Under the pieces are notes generated by a model. That model was not told the DNA's origin and did not search any database. It saw only the letters and a list, made by a program, of their open reading frames with translations. From an uncultured Candidatus Saccharibacteria bacterium (lineage in GTDB: Bacteria > Patescibacteriota > Minisyncoccia > Phycocordibacterales > CSBR16-119): a stretch of DNA of 64,000 bases. The position numbers and the translations under genes are program-made. The DNA lies in contig CAZLAD010000003.1 of the NCBI GenBank assembly GCA_964557535.1, forward strand, positions 89,671 to 153,670. Reading direction: 5' to 3'. Positions within the stretch are counted from its first letter, which is position 1. Every line of letters starts with the position of its first letter. Below are positions 10,473-20,996 of the stretch, piece after piece.

Positions 10473-10889
10473 ATGGCAACAATCAATCAATTAATACGAA
10501 AACCAAGAGCTAAAATTACAAGGAAATCAAAGACCTTGGCTCTTACTCGTGGCTTCAATAATATTCAAAATCGTCCAACTACTTACAATTCTCCTTTTAA
10601 AAGAGGCGTTTGTACAAAGGTTACAACTATCACTCCCAAAAAACCGAACTCAGCGCTTCGAAAAATTGCCCGTGTTCGTCTAACTAATGGTATGGAGGTC
10701 ACAGCTTATATCCCAGGAGAAGGACACAATCTCCAGGAACACTCTGTTGTAATGTTGCGTTCTGGTCGCGTAAAAGACCTCATTGGAGTTCGATATACAA
10801 TTGTTCGAGGAGTGCTCGATGCTCAGGGTGTAGAAAAGCGTCGAAATGCTCGAAGTAAATACGGAACCAAAAAGCCAAAGGCTAAGTAA
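10473..10889 (+). CDS. rpsL: 30S ribosomal protein S12
   Basis: [26 protein letters not shown]. Confidence 0.99.
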   Translation: MATINQLIRKPRAKITRKSKTLALTRGFNNIQNRPTTYNSPFKRGVCTKVTTITPKKPNSALRKIARVRLTNGMEVTAYIPGEGHNLQEHSVVMLRSGRVKDLIGVRYTIVRGVLDAQGVEKRRNARSKYGTKKPKAK

Positions 10890-10925
10890 ACTATAACCTA
10901 TCACCTAATACCTATAACCTAATTT

Positions 10926-11396
10926 ATGCGAAGAAAAGTCAAAAATCGAAACATGGTCAAGCCCGACAAGGTTTACAACTCCGAGAAGCTCTCGAGATTT
11001 ATAAACTATTGTATGCTTGATGGTAAACGCATCACTGCCCAGAGAGCCGTTTATAAAACTTTGGAAAACATAAAAGAAAAAACTGGAAATCCAAATCCTC
11101 TCGAGGTGTTTGATATGGCACTAAAGAATGCTTCTCCAACCATGGAAGTTCGTTCTAGACGTGTTGGTGGCGCCAATTACCAGGTCCCAAGGGAAGTTCG
11201 TGCCGAGCGACGTCTTCAGCTTGCCATGCGATGGATTATCACGGCCGCGCGTAGTAAAAAGGGTGTATCAATAGACAAGGCATTGTCCGAAGAATTGATG
11301 GCAGCGTACAACAACGAAGGTTTTGCTATCAAGAAACGTGACGATACTCACAAGATGGCTGAAGCGAACAAGGCTTTTGCGCACTTTGCGTGGTAA
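10926..11396 (+). CDS. rpsG: 30S ribosomal protein S7
   Basis: RRVGGANYQVP..HKMAEANKAFAHF. Confidence 0.99.
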   Translation: MRRKVKNRNMVKPDKVYNSEKLSRFINYCMLDGKRITAQRAVYKTLENIKEKTGNPNPLEVFDMALKNASPTMEVRSRRVGGANYQVPREVRAERRLQLAMRWIITAARSKKGVSIDKALSEELMAAYNNEGFAIKKRDDTHKMAEANKAFAHFAW

Positions 11397-11483
11397 TTTT
11401 TACGAAGTAAAAATTATCCCGAGCTTTTGCGAGGGATTTGAAGTATCTTTTAGTTAATTAAAAATTATTATTTATAAATATTT

Positions 11484-13646
11484 ATGTCTCGCGACTATCC
11501 TTTAAATAAAGTTAGAAATTTCGGAATCATTGCTCACATCGATGCCGGCAAGACCACAACATCAGAACGTGTGCTTTTCTATACAGGAATGTCTCATAAA
11601 ATCGGTGAGGTGCACGAAGGTGATACCGTCATGGACTGGATGGAGCAGGAACGCGAGCGAGGCATTACTATTACGTCGGCGGCCACAACATGTTTTTGGT
11701 CTCCTAGTTACATGCCAAAAGGTGATGATACGAAGAAGTGCCGATTCAACCTGATCGACACACCGGGTCACATCGACTTTACTATCGAAGTTAAAAGATC
11801 TCTTCGTGTTCTCGACGGCGCCGTCGTCGTTTTTGACGGTGTTGCCGGAGTTGAACCGCAGTCCGAGACAAACTGGCGCTACGCCGACGAAGGTAATGTG
11901 CCACGACTTTGCTTTATCAACAAACTTGACCGAACAGGCGCATCTTTTGATCGATCATTTCAATCAATTCTTGATCGTCTAACTAAAAAAGCAATCAAAG
12001 TTCAGATTCCAATTGGTCTTGAAGATCAGTTTTCTGGCGTTATCGACCTTCTCAAAATGAAGGCCTACAAATTCGAAGGCGACAAAGGAAAAGATATTAT
12101 CGAAATGGAAATTCCTGCCGAATACATGGAAGAATCAAAGAAACTACATCTCGAACTTATAGAAAAAATCGTTGAAAATGACGAAGCTATGATGTCGGCG
12201 TATCTAGAAGGCAAGACTGATTTTGCCATCGACGAGCTAAAAGCTGTTATGCGAAAAGCTGTTATCAAAAACGACATCTTCCCAGTTTTTGCTGGATCCG
12301 CACTCAAGAACAAAGGTGTTCAGTTGGTTTTGGATGGCGTGATTGATTACTTGCCAAGTCCGCTTGATATTCCAATTACAAAAGGTATCGACCCAAACAC
12401 AGGAGAAACTATTGAACGTGAACCTTCTGATACAGCGCCACTTTCTGCGCTTGCATTTAAACTTCAATCAGATCCATATGTTGGTCAGCTAACATTTATC
12501 CGTGTTTATTCAGGAACTCTCGAAGCCGGATCGTATGTATACAATGCAACGAAAAATACCAAAGAACGCATTGGCCGAATTCTCCGTATGCATGCCAACG
12601 AGCGAGAAGAAGTAAAAACGGTTTACGCTGGAGAAATTGCCGCTGCGGTTGGTCTCAAAGACACGACAACTTCTGACACACTTTGTAACGAAGACAAGCC
12701 AATCATACTCGAAAAAATTATTGCCCCAGAGCCAGTTATCTCGATGCGTATCGAACCAAAGACCAAGGCTGATCAGGAAAAAATGGGTCTTGCACTTAAC
12801 CGTCTCCAGGCCGAAGATCCAACATTCCGTGTTTCTTCTGATCCTGAAACAGCAGAAACAATCATTGCCGGTATGGGAGAACTTCACTTGGAAATTCTCG
12901 TTGACCGTATGAAGCGAGAATTCGGAGTTGAGGCAAATACTTCTGCGCCTCAAGTAGCATTTCGCGAAACAATCAAAGGCGAAGCTGATGTCGAACACAA
13001 ATACATCAAGCAGTCCGGTGGTCGCGGTCAATACGGTCACGTCAAAATCAAAATCTCGCCACTCGATTACTCAGTCGCCGAAGAGGATTTACCAAAAAAT
13101 ACTTCACGCGAAGATGGTTTGGAGTTTGTTAACTCAATCAAAGGAGGTGTTATTCCAAACGAATTTATTCCTGCTGTTGAGAAGGGTATCAAAGAGGGGA
13201 TGGCTCGTGGAGTTGTTGCCGGATTCCAAATGACTGATATTCGTGTTGAACTATACGATGGTACATATCACGACGTCGACTCATCTGAAATCGCTTTCAA
13301 AATTGCCGCATCGATGGCTTTCCAAGAAGCTGCCAAAAAAGCTCAGCCAGTTATCCTCGAACCAATCATGAAAGTCGAAGTTGTCGCTCCGCACTCATAC
13401 ATGGGAGACATCACCGGGGACATCGCTTCTAAACGTGGACTTGTCGAAGGAACCGAAGATCGTGGTATGGTTCAGGCAATTCGCGCCATGATTCCACTTT
13501 CTGAAATGTTCGGATATATCAACAACCTCCGATCAATGACTGCTGGACGTGGTAACTTCACGATGGAATTTGCCAAATATGACGTCGTGCCGAAAAATGT
13601 CGCCGAAGAAATTGTGAAGAAACGCGCTGGCGCCCCAGCTAAATAA
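11484..13646 (+). CDS. fusA: Elongation factor G
   Basis: [34 protein letters not shown]; follows rpsL-rpsG. Confidence 0.99.
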   Translation: MSRDYPLNKVRNFGIIAHIDAGKTTTSERVLFYTGMSHKIGEVHEGDTVMDWMEQERERGITITSAATTCFWSPSYMPKGDDTKKCRFNLIDTPGHIDFTIEVKRSLRVLDGAVVVFDGVAGVEPQSETNWRYADEGNVPRLCFINKLDRTGASFDRSFQSILDRLTKKAIKVQIPIGLEDQFSGVIDLLKMKAYKFEGDKGKDIIEMEIPAEYMEESKKLHLELIEKIVENDEAMMSAYLEGKTDFAIDELKAVMRKAVIKNDIFPVFAGSALKNKGVQLVLDGVIDYLPSPLDIPITKGIDPNTGETIEREPSDTAPLSALAFKLQSDPYVGQLTFIRVYSGTLEAGSYVYNATKNTKERIGRILRMHANEREEVKTVYAGEIAAAVGLKDTTTSDTLCNEDKPIILEKIIAPEPVISMRIEPKTKADQEKMGLALNRLQAEDPTFRVSSDPETAETIIAGMGELHLEILVDRMKREFGVEANTSAPQVAFRETIKGEADVEHKYIKQSGGRGQYGHVKIKISPLDYSVAEEDLPKNTSREDGLEFVNSIKGGVIPNEFIPAVEKGIKEGMARGVVAGFQMTDIRVELYDGTYHDVDSSEIAFKIAASMAFQEAAKKAQPVILEPIMKVEVVAPHSYMGDITGDIASKRGLVEGTEDRGMVQAIRAMIPLSEMFGYINNLRSMTAGRGNFTMEFAKYDVVPKNVAEEIVKKRAGAPAK

Positions 13647-13670
13647 GTAATAGGGATTAAGTATTAAGAA

Positions 13671-13698
13671 AGAAAATCCGCCGAAAGGCGGATTTTCT
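13671..13698. terminator. Terminator after fusA
   Basis: agaaaatccgcc-gaaa-ggcggattttct. Confidence 0.8.
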
Positions 13699-13921
13699 CG
13701 TGGCTTGCAAAATCTTCTTCAAAGGAGTAAGTTTTGGGAAACACCTCACAGACATGAAGTATGCTGTTCGTAGGCTCTGGAATTGGATAGACTCTGACGA
13801 GGAGCGAAGGATTACGGCAGCTTGTATTTTGGCTGTCGTGCTTCTTCTTGCAATACTTTCGCTCCTGGATCGGTTGTAGCCAGGTCCGTAAAGAGAAGGT
13901 CCGCTCGTGCGGACCTTCAGG

Positions 13922-14236
13922 CTACTTACTCGCAAAATATCCCATGGCAATTCCAAAGATGCACATGGCGCCGATGACGGGACCGAGGATCCAGGTGTGA
14001 GAGGGAGTTATGGCGACGACTACCACGGTCATGATGACGCAGGATAATCCGACGCTTTTGGCAACAGAATTGAAATGCTCGTCGATGATATTTTTACCAG
14101 CATTTAGAGTTTTCTTCACAACAACAATACGTTCCTTGGTTGTGCCAGATTTTTTCAAAACTCTCTTCTTGGCTTGTCTCGCCAGAGAAGATTTTTTGGG
14201 TGCGGTAGTAATTTTATTTTCTAATGAAGAAACCAT
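13922..14236 (-). CDS. Small basic membrane protein, hypothetical
   Basis: ATG at 14236; Lys-rich N-terminus and two C-terminal hydrophobic helices. Confidence 0.55.
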   Translation of the reverse strand: MVSSLENKITTAPKKSSLARQAKKRVLKKSGTTKERIVVVKKTLNAGKNIIDEHFNSVAKSVGLSCVIMTVVVVAITPSHTWILGPVIGAMCIFGIAMGYFASK

Positions 14237-14330
14237 ACGAGAAAAATTAAACGTAGTTTGATTATAAACAAAAATTTTTCGAAAAGATAAAAGTTTTGCA
14301 CAGATTTTGTTTAAATTGTATAATTTGTTC

Positions 14331-17300
14331 GTGAAAAAATTATCGAAAGATTTCATTGTCGCGGTTTCGTTGCTTGTTGCGACTTTTTCGATTTCTCAAT
14401 TCGCTATAATTCCAAGTATTGTCTCGGGGAATAATTTTTTAGCTCAGACAATCAGAGAGGAATCAAAGAAGAATAATATTTACAATCTTGCTCCATCCAA
14501 AGATTTCCCCGGAGTTTTTAATTTTAATTATGTTTTTGATAAATTACCCGTCTCGAAAGAAGCGCTTTTTGATATTCCAATCGCTCCTTTTGACGAAAAA
14601 AGGGTTAGGGGGATTCTGGAGACAGGAGGTGGTTTGGGGGTAATTAGAGACGCTTGGGGTTATCCTGTTCGTGAAAATGCTTTCATGAAAAAATCTGAAA
14701 CTCAAACCAAAGAAAAAACATCTCGAAATATTTTGAAAACCAAACAAGCATTCGCTTACGATCAAGACCAGACGAACCCAAGCATTTACAACTGTCGCGC
14801 CAACACTTCTGTTACAGGATATTTCAAAGCTTATTTTGAAGACGTAGAATTAAACACCGGTGCTGGTTATGATGATCAGACATATGGAGAAGGGAGGCGC
14901 GCCGAAGCTTGTCAGGTCCTTCAGGATATTTCTGAATTGATTATGCTTGATGAAACTACGGTTACGCCGGATATCTTGTTTATGGTCAATCCGAACTTGC
15001 CTCCCGGGGCTTTGGCCGCAGCGTCTGCATATTTCGGATATTATTCTGTTGGCCCAGATAACGGGTCGCTTCACAAACATATAATTTCTAGAGTTGATCC
15101 AACGCCAGGAGAAGGAAATTTTGACGCTTTCATAATTACAGGTTTCAACGGCATTAATTGGGATGTTGATTCTAATTTAAATTCAAATACTTACGATTTT
15201 TACACTGTTTTGTATCACGAAGCTCTACACGCTCTCGGTTTCCGAGGACTTTTGCCGGCGGCCATCACTTCGACTAACGATACGCATAATCACGATACCT
15301 TTGATGCTTTTTCTTATAAAGACGATACACTTTCCAGCTCTTTTATCGATACCTTGAGTGGATTATTGCAAGTTCCTGTAGGCGCGCCGTCTCCCTGGTT
15401 TATCACCAACAATGTTGTTTACCGAGGAGTGAAGAATTTGATAAATGCCGCTCCAGATGGTGTCCGCCCGGTGTATAGTCCAAACTCGTGGCAACAAGGT
15501 TCATCACTTTCGCATTTCGACATGAATCGCGCGCCCGGCGAAGTTTATGTCATGCATCCATCGATTGGAACAAACACCGAAAGAGATATTCATGAGCACG
15601 AAGAGGAGGTGTTGTGTCATTTGGGGTATCAGGTAGATGGATTGTCTGGATGTGAAGGATCAACACCTTTTGCCAATCCAGATTGGATATTTTTGGATGG
15701 AAATACTCCCGTATGTGTCAATCCTTTGACTAACGACATATCACCAGGCTCATCATCTGCCTATATTTATAGCTTGTCGGAAATTAGTTCCGGACCAGAT
15801 GATTTGATTGAGTATCATCCCCTTAATGATTGTAACGGATCAGTTCAATCAGCGCCTGGTTTTGCGCGTTCGTTTATGTTATTCCCAGATAATACTCAAA
15901 CACCGAGAATTTTTGAATACAAGATAAGAAATGGTATTGGCAGAATATCATCCCCATCCACAATTACCGCAATACCCGGTTGTGGAACTCTCGAGGACAA
16001 CCAGGACGAATATATTTGCAATGGTGACTTTGATATCGGTGTAACTAATAGTGTATCTGGACCATACTCACAAATATCTTGTTCTTCTTGGGGGATCCCA
16101 AACGAAACAGGATTTAATGGCCAGTATGTTTTGAATGCTTGTCAATTTCATATGACTCCGGATGTTATTCAGGCGGACGTATCATCTGGTTATGCGGCTT
16201 CTTCATCTCCTGCTCCGCTTAATACCGATTTTCCTTATCTTAGAAGTTTTGGGGGATATGAAGCAACGACGATGCAATTAAGAGAACCGCTCATCTCGGG
16301 AGAAGAATATATTTTATCTTTTGATTTTGCCAAGGGTTACGGCGTCAACAATCCAAATATTAAATTTGCGCTGGTGGCAGGTACACCAATCGGAGAAGCT
16401 ATGATTATATCACCTGTTGTACCACCTATTCCTTCTCCAAATCAGGTAATATTTGATAGTGTTTTTAATTCAAATACCGGGACTTGGAACAATTTCGAAC
16501 AAACTTTTATTGCGAACGGAACCTATGATTCGCTGGTATTTTTCGCAACTGGCGAGGCTTGGCCGACCTATCCATACGTTCAGCCCCACGTTTTATTTGA
16601 TAATATTTCAATTCGTCACGCCAATGATATTTTAGCCCCCCAAAATACTATCAGTGGTCTTGTTTATCAAGACCTAAACCAAAGCGGTTCCCAAGAAACT
16701 CAAACAGAGCCGGGTCTTCAGGGGATCCAGGTTGGGCTTTTTGAAGCCGGTAACAATAACCCTGTTCAAACCACAACAACACAAAGTATTCCAAATCTAG
16801 GAAAATACGAATTCTCGAATCTTTCAAATGGAAATTATAAAGTAGCTTTAATTGGAGAATCCGTTTATACGTTAATTACTGAGCCTCCCCTAAATACAAT
16901 ACTACCTGGGTACTCACACGCCAGACAGGTTGATGTTTCTGGTGGACAAACCTTTGCAAACAATAATTTCGGCGTAGTGTTCCAGCAATATGTACCGGAT
17001 ATTTTAATCAAGAAAACGCTTATTGATTCAACGTTATCACTTTTCGATCGTTTCATCACTTGGCGAATAATTGTTCAAAATATCGGGCAAGCCCCAGCTA
17101 CCAATGTTTTGGTCAAGGAAATCATCCCACCAGGACTTGTTTACCATTCGTTTTCAACCCAAAGCTCAAATAATTATAATCCTTCCAATCACATGTTCGG
17201 TATCCCGACAATTCTTCCTGGCGGACAAACATATATAGACATAACCATGAAAGTTCCGAATTCTTCAAAGGTTTGTGGTACCAAGACAAACATGGCGGTT

Positions 17301-17411
17301 TTGCATACACTGGATCAGGTAGATTTAAATTCAATAAATAATCAGGGAACAGCGGTGATAAATTTACCAAAATGTAAAATTACGACATCTGTGGAATTGG
17401 AGCCAGTATAA
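14331..17411 (+). CDS. Large secreted protein: zinc metallopeptidase-like domain, SdrD B-like and DUF11-like domains
   Basis: HEALHALG zincin motif; GSSLSHFD; ISGLVYQDLNQSG..EPGLQGI; likely GTG start 6 nt after TATAAT. Confidence 0.75.
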   Translation: MKKLSKDFIVAVSLLVATFSISQFAIIPSIVSGNNFLAQTIREESKKNNIYNLAPSKDFPGVFNFNYVFDKLPVSKEALFDIPIAPFDEKRVRGILETGGGLGVIRDAWGYPVRENAFMKKSETQTKEKTSRNILKTKQAFAYDQDQTNPSIYNCRANTSVTGYFKAYFEDVELNTGAGYDDQTYGEGRRAEACQVLQDISELIMLDETTVTPDILFMVNPNLPPGALAAASAYFGYYSVGPDNGSLHKHIISRVDPTPGEGNFDAFIITGFNGINWDVDSNLNSNTYDFYTVLYHEALHALGFRGLLPAAITSTNDTHNHDTFDAFSYKDDTLSSSFIDTLSGLLQVPVGAPSPWFITNNVVYRGVKNLINAAPDGVRPVYSPNSWQQGSSLSHFDMNRAPGEVYVMHPSIGTNTERDIHEHEEEVLCHLGYQVDGLSGCEGSTPFANPDWIFLDGNTPVCVNPLTNDISPGSSSAYIYSLSEISSGPDDLIEYHPLNDCNGSVQSAPGFARSFMLFPDNTQTPRIFEYKIRNGIGRISSPSTITAIPGCGTLEDNQDEYICNGDFDIGVTNSVSGPYSQISCSSWGIPNETGFNGQYVLNACQFHMTPDVIQADVSSGYAASSSPAPLNTDFPYLRSFGGYEATTMQLREPLISGEEYILSFDFAKGYGVNNPNIKFALVAGTPIGEAMIISPVVPPIPSPNQVIFDSVFNSNTGTWNNFEQTFIANGTYDSLVFFATGEAWPTYPYVQPHVLFDNISIRHANDILAPQNTISGLVYQDLNQSGSQETQTEPGLQGIQVGLFEAGNNNPVQTTTTQSIPNLGKYEFSNLSNGNYKVALIGESVYTLITEPPLNTILPGYSHARQVDVSGGQTFANNNFGVVFQQYVPDILIKKTLIDSTLSLFDRFITWRIIVQNIGQAPATNVLVKEIIPPGLVYHSFSTQSSNNYNPSNHMFGIPTILPGGQTYIDITMKVPNSSKVCGTKTNMAVLHTLDQVDLNSINNQGTAVINLPKCKITTSVELEPV

Positions 17412-17495
17412 AATTTTGATTTGACATTTTTCTTCAAAAGGAGTATATTCAAATTGACCCCGCGGGGGTTTTTTGATAGGGAGGAAAATCGTGAA

Positions 17496-17604
17496 TCCCG
17501 ATAGTGACCGCGGTCGCAATCGAGAAAAATTAGACCAAGTTTTAAATTATTAAAATTATAATCAAGATGGCTAGCGGTAAGACCGCGACCTGTCACTATC
17601 GGGA
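17496..17604 (+). repeat. Family A start-codon hairpin element, copy A1 (secE)
   Basis: Perfect 13-bp TIR TCCCGATAGTGAC/GTCACTATCGGGA flanked by TGAA on both sides. Confidence 0.85.
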
Positions 17605-17783
17605 TGAAAACATTTTTTAATTACATCAAAAATTCGATCGGCGAAGTCCAATTTATCAAATGGCCGACTCGTGAACAGACAGCTTGGTTTACCGTGGCCG
17701 TTGTCATAATATCTATTGCCGTTGCTTATTATTTAGGCTTGTTCGATCTTATCTTTGCCAGAGCTTTGAAACTAATAATTTAA
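17604..17783 (+). CDS. secE: Preprotein translocase subunit SecE (59 aa, absent from ORF track)
   Basis: Translated by hand: MKTFFNYIKNSIGEVQFIKWPTREQTAWFTVAVVIISIAVAYYLGLFDLIFARALKLII; directly upstream of nusG. Confidence 0.95.
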   Translation: MKTFFNYIKNSIGEVQFIKWPTREQTAWFTVAVVIISIAVAYYLGLFDLIFARALKLII

Positions 17784-17786
17784 ATT

Positions 17787-18335
17787 ATGTCAAAACAAGA
17801 ATTACAAGCAGGTCGCAATTGGTACGCTATTCACACGTATGCTGGTTATGAAAATGCCGTCATGCGAAATTTAAAACAGCGTATTGAATCTCTCGGCATG
17901 CAAGACCGAATTTTTGAAGTAATCGTTCCGACAGAAAAAAACATCAAGATCAAAGCAGGGAAGCGCGTTGAGGTGGAGGAAAAAATTTATCCGGGATATG
18001 TCCTTGTAGATATGATTGTGACAGACGATTCATGGTATGTCGTACGCAACACTCCACGCGTGACAGGATTTGTCGGTGCTGGAGTCAATCCGGTCCCAGT
18101 ATCACCAGATGAGATAAATATGCTTTTGGGACGCATGAGAAAAGACGATGGTGCCAAACATGCCATCGATCTTGTTGTCGGTGAGACAATTATCATAAAC
18201 GATGGACCGTTCAAGGATCTCGAAGGCAAAGTTAACTCTGTCGATCGTGAAAGAGGTAAAATCAACGTCTTGGTCTCGATGTTTGGACGCGAAACTCCAG
18301 TCGAACTCGACTTCTTGCAGGTCCGAAAAATCTAG
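17787..18335 (+). CDS. nusG: Transcription termination/antitermination factor NusG
   Basis: WYAIHTYAGYE..YPGYVLV..TPRVTGFVG..KOW..FGRETPVELDF. Confidence 0.99.
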   Translation: MSKQELQAGRNWYAIHTYAGYENAVMRNLKQRIESLGMQDRIFEVIVPTEKNIKIKAGKRVEVEEKIYPGYVLVDMIVTDDSWYVVRNTPRVTGFVGAGVNPVPVSPDEINMLLGRMRKDDGAKHAIDLVVGETIIINDGPFKDLEGKVNSVDRERGKINVLVSMFGRETPVELDFLQVRKI

Positions 18336-18395
18336 ATTTTTCAGGACCCTAAGCGCTTGCGTCGAAGGATAATATAAGCTAATCTATAACCCACT

Positions 18396-18827
18396 ATGGC
18401 AACCAAAAAGAAAGTAACAAAAAACGTCAAATTACAGATTGAGGCCGGCCGGGCAACCCCAGCTCCTCCTATCGGTCCTGCTATCGGTCAGGCCGGTATT
18501 CCTATTGGAACATTCGTGACCGAATTCAACGACCGAACCAAGGACCTCATAGGTAAAGGCAAGGTTTCTGTAAAGCTAAAAGTCTTTGAAGACCGATCAT
18601 ATGAATTCACGACTTCGACTCCTATGACCGCTCCGCTTATCCTCAAGGCTGCCGGAATCGACAAAGGATCAAGTAAGAACGCCACAAAACGTGCTGGAAG
18701 TATCACCAAAGCCCAAGTGCAGGAAATTGCTGAAATGAAGATGAAAGACCTCTCAGCAAACACTGTCGAACAGGCAATGAAGATCATCGAAGGCCAGTGC
18801 CGATCGATGGGAATAGAGGTGCGATAA
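18396..18827 (+). CDS. rplK: 50S ribosomal protein L11
   Basis: KLQIEAGRATPAPPIGPAIGQAG..RSMGIEV. Confidence 0.98.
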   Translation: MATKKKVTKNVKLQIEAGRATPAPPIGPAIGQAGIPIGTFVTEFNDRTKDLIGKGKVSVKLKVFEDRSYEFTTSTPMTAPLILKAAGIDKGSSKNATKRAGSITKAQVQEIAEMKMKDLSANTVEQAMKIIEGQCRSMGIEVR

Positions 18828-18961
18828 GCAAAAATAAAATAGAACCAAAAAGACGCGCGTTCTCGGCTGTAAACGCCGAGCCGCTAAAGACTCGAAAGGT
18901 CTGTCCTTCAAAAGGCAGACCTTTCTGCGTATTGTCTTTTTGGTTCTATTTTATTTTTGCT
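18827..18961. repeat. Family C structured element (28-bp perfect closing stem, three-way junction), copy C1
   Basis: 18827-18854 is the exact reverse complement of 18934-18961; core shared with 42701..42814. Confidence 0.85.
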
Positions 18962-19033
18962 CGGAAGAGCGCGCGTGAGAGCCCTTGCTTTTTTCTGAAA
19001 AATATGTAATATGATGTACAAACACCATGACAC

Positions 19034-19348
19034 ATGAACGACGTACTTGAACTTGAAGCTGGTCCTTCCACTTTAACATCCCCTAAGGCCAGCAGGGCTT
19101 TGGAGGTGATTACACCGGGTCTTGGGACCAATCGGTCCGGGCCGACCACTGACGAGCTCATCAGTATGAGCCATCGTCATCGGCAAGTGTGCCCGAATGC
19201 ACACCTGCCACTGGATTTGCTTGCTCACATGAGCAAGGGAAAACCTTGGTGTGGAAAGGCCGAAGGTTTCCAGAAGCGACCCAGTCTGGCGACTCGCGAG
19301 TTCGGTCGCTTGGTGACGCGTCACCAGGATTTGGGTGACAAGTTCTAG
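19034..19348 (+). CDS. Hypothetical orphan protein
   Basis: ORF with promoter-like upstream sequence and GC-rich terminator at 19383-19411. Confidence 0.45.
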   Translation: MNDVLELEAGPSTLTSPKASRALEVITPGLGTNRSGPTTDELISMSHRHRQVCPNAHLPLDLLAHMSKGKPWCGKAEGFQKRPSLATREFGRLVTRHQDLGDKF

Positions 19349-19534
19349 GATGCGGTTGGTGAAAGAGCCGTAACCTAAGGGTAGAAGGGCCGTCTTCGGA
19401 CGGCCCTTTCTCGTTCCTTGTCCGACTACCGGTTTGAGTAAAATCAAATAGGTGGGAAGGCTTGCTTTTCTTTGGCCTTTTCTTTACTCTTTGACTAGAA
19501 ACGAGAACCACAACAACGAAAACCCAACCTCAAC

Positions 19535-20395
19535 ATGGAAACCTTGACTCGTATTGAAATGCCAGCATTGTCTGGTGAGAAAATGTGGACCATCCTTCAG
19601 GACAAACAATCAAACGTGTTTCGTTGGAAGGATTACGCGGAATGTAATCCAAGGCTATCCAAGCAAAGCAACGCCGAACATGTCCCCTCTGTCGGCAGAC
19701 TCTTTCATGATGTCGTGCCGGCATTGAAGTACCACAACCCGGGCTTGAACGTCGAATTGCTATTGGGAGCTATTCACTACCACGAGGATGGCGAAGCCTT
19801 GATTGGTAGCGATGAGCTGTGGCACAACAAAGGCCAGGAACGGGACTTGCTCGAATACAAGGCCTTTCTCGAATCTATCGCCGACAACGATGTGACGATA
19901 CGGGGGAGGTCAGAGGAGATGTTTCTTCTTCAATTCATCACTGGCCCAACTGACCTACTCGAAGCCTATAACATGGGCACAGCGAATTGGCTCAGACATT
20001 TGCGGAAGAACTTCTCTCTGGAGGGGAAGGTCTTCAATGCCCTTGAGAAGGCCGACTACTACATGTATGCCAAGAAGCGTGGCTACGACGAGTGCGGAGA
20101 CGTGGTCATCTTGGTGCATGTTTTACGAAACCACACAGGTCCTTTGGATGAATACGCCAAGACCATTCCTGGCTTCCGGGAGCATGTGTGGACACAAGCT
20201 CATTCTGAATCGGCCAAGGAGTTCATGGAGCGTTATGCCGGAATTCCGGGGCCCAAGGACCCAGGCGGAATTCCGGCCGCCTATGAGTGGGCTTACGCGA
20301 ACGGTTACATGGAGCGTCCGATCGAAATCGGTGTGGTGGTCGACAAGAGCCCAGCCTTTGGAATCTTTGGAGACGATCCCAGGGGTGGCGCTTGA
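19535..20395 (+). CDS. HD-domain hydrolase, YfbR/5'-deoxynucleotidase-like
   Basis: RW..QSNAEH..YHEDGE..KAD pattern; terminator at 20407-20441. Confidence 0.6.
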   Translation: METLTRIEMPALSGEKMWTILQDKQSNVFRWKDYAECNPRLSKQSNAEHVPSVGRLFHDVVPALKYHNPGLNVELLLGAIHYHEDGEALIGSDELWHNKGQERDLLEYKAFLESIADNDVTIRGRSEEMFLLQFITGPTDLLEAYNMGTANWLRHLRKNFSLEGKVFNALEKADYYMYAKKRGYDECGDVVILVHVLRNHTGPLDEYAKTIPGFREHVWTQAHSESAKEFMERYAGIPGPKDPGGIPAAYEWAYANGYMERPIEIGVVVDKSPAFGIFGDDPRGGA

Positions 20396-20439
20396 AAGGC
20401 ACAAGTAAAATGAGAGGACCCCGAGAGGGGTCCTTTTCA

Positions 20440-20934
20440 TTAATCTTTCTTTCTATATTCCACAAACCAATATTTTATTCCATCACTCGTTTCAAATGGT
20501 CCTTCACGTCTTATTTCTTCGAAAGTATTTTTAAATTCTGGAAAATACGTATCAGCCTCTTTTTGTCCTTCAATTTCTGTCAGATACAGCGTGTCGGCAT
20601 GGGGAAGAGCTTCGGCGAAAACTCGAGCACCGCCAATGACAGCAATTTCTGAATCAATCTTTTTCGCTTCAGAAATTGCCTCATCCAAGTTGTTGCATGT
20701 GAGGACTAGAGGTCCGACCTCTAGTCCGGTTGAAGTAACGACGATATTAGTTCGGCCTGGAAGTGGGCGGAATTTCTCCGGTAGGGATTCCCAGGTTCGT
20801 CGGCCCATGATGACCGGATGGCCCATGGTAAGGTCTTTGAAGCGTTTTAGATCGGCTGGGATTTTAAAAAGTAGGTCGTTTTCAAACCCGAGACCCAAAT
20901 CGTCTTTTTGAATAGATGAAATGATGAAAATCAT
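20440..20934 (-). CDS. folA: Dihydrofolate reductase
   Basis: DLKRFKDLTMGHPVIMGRRTWESLP..RPLPGRTNIV..IGGA..DTYFP. Confidence 0.97.
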   Translation of the reverse strand: MIFIISSIQKDDLGLGFENDLLFKIPADLKRFKDLTMGHPVIMGRRTWESLPEKFRPLPGRTNIVVTSTGLEVGPLVLTCNNLDEAISEAKKIDSEIAVIGGARVFAEALPHADTLYLTEIEGQKEADTYFPEFKNTFEEIRREGPFETSDGIKYWFVEYRKKD

Positions 20935-20996
20935 ATAAATACCATCATAATGTCAATTGCGGTTTTTGCCAAAGGGTAGAGTATAATTGGCCTACT

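Noticed and set aside
13657-13956. 99-aa minus-strand ORF
   Set aside because: Overlaps the upstream gene and crosses the terminator; no recognisable motif
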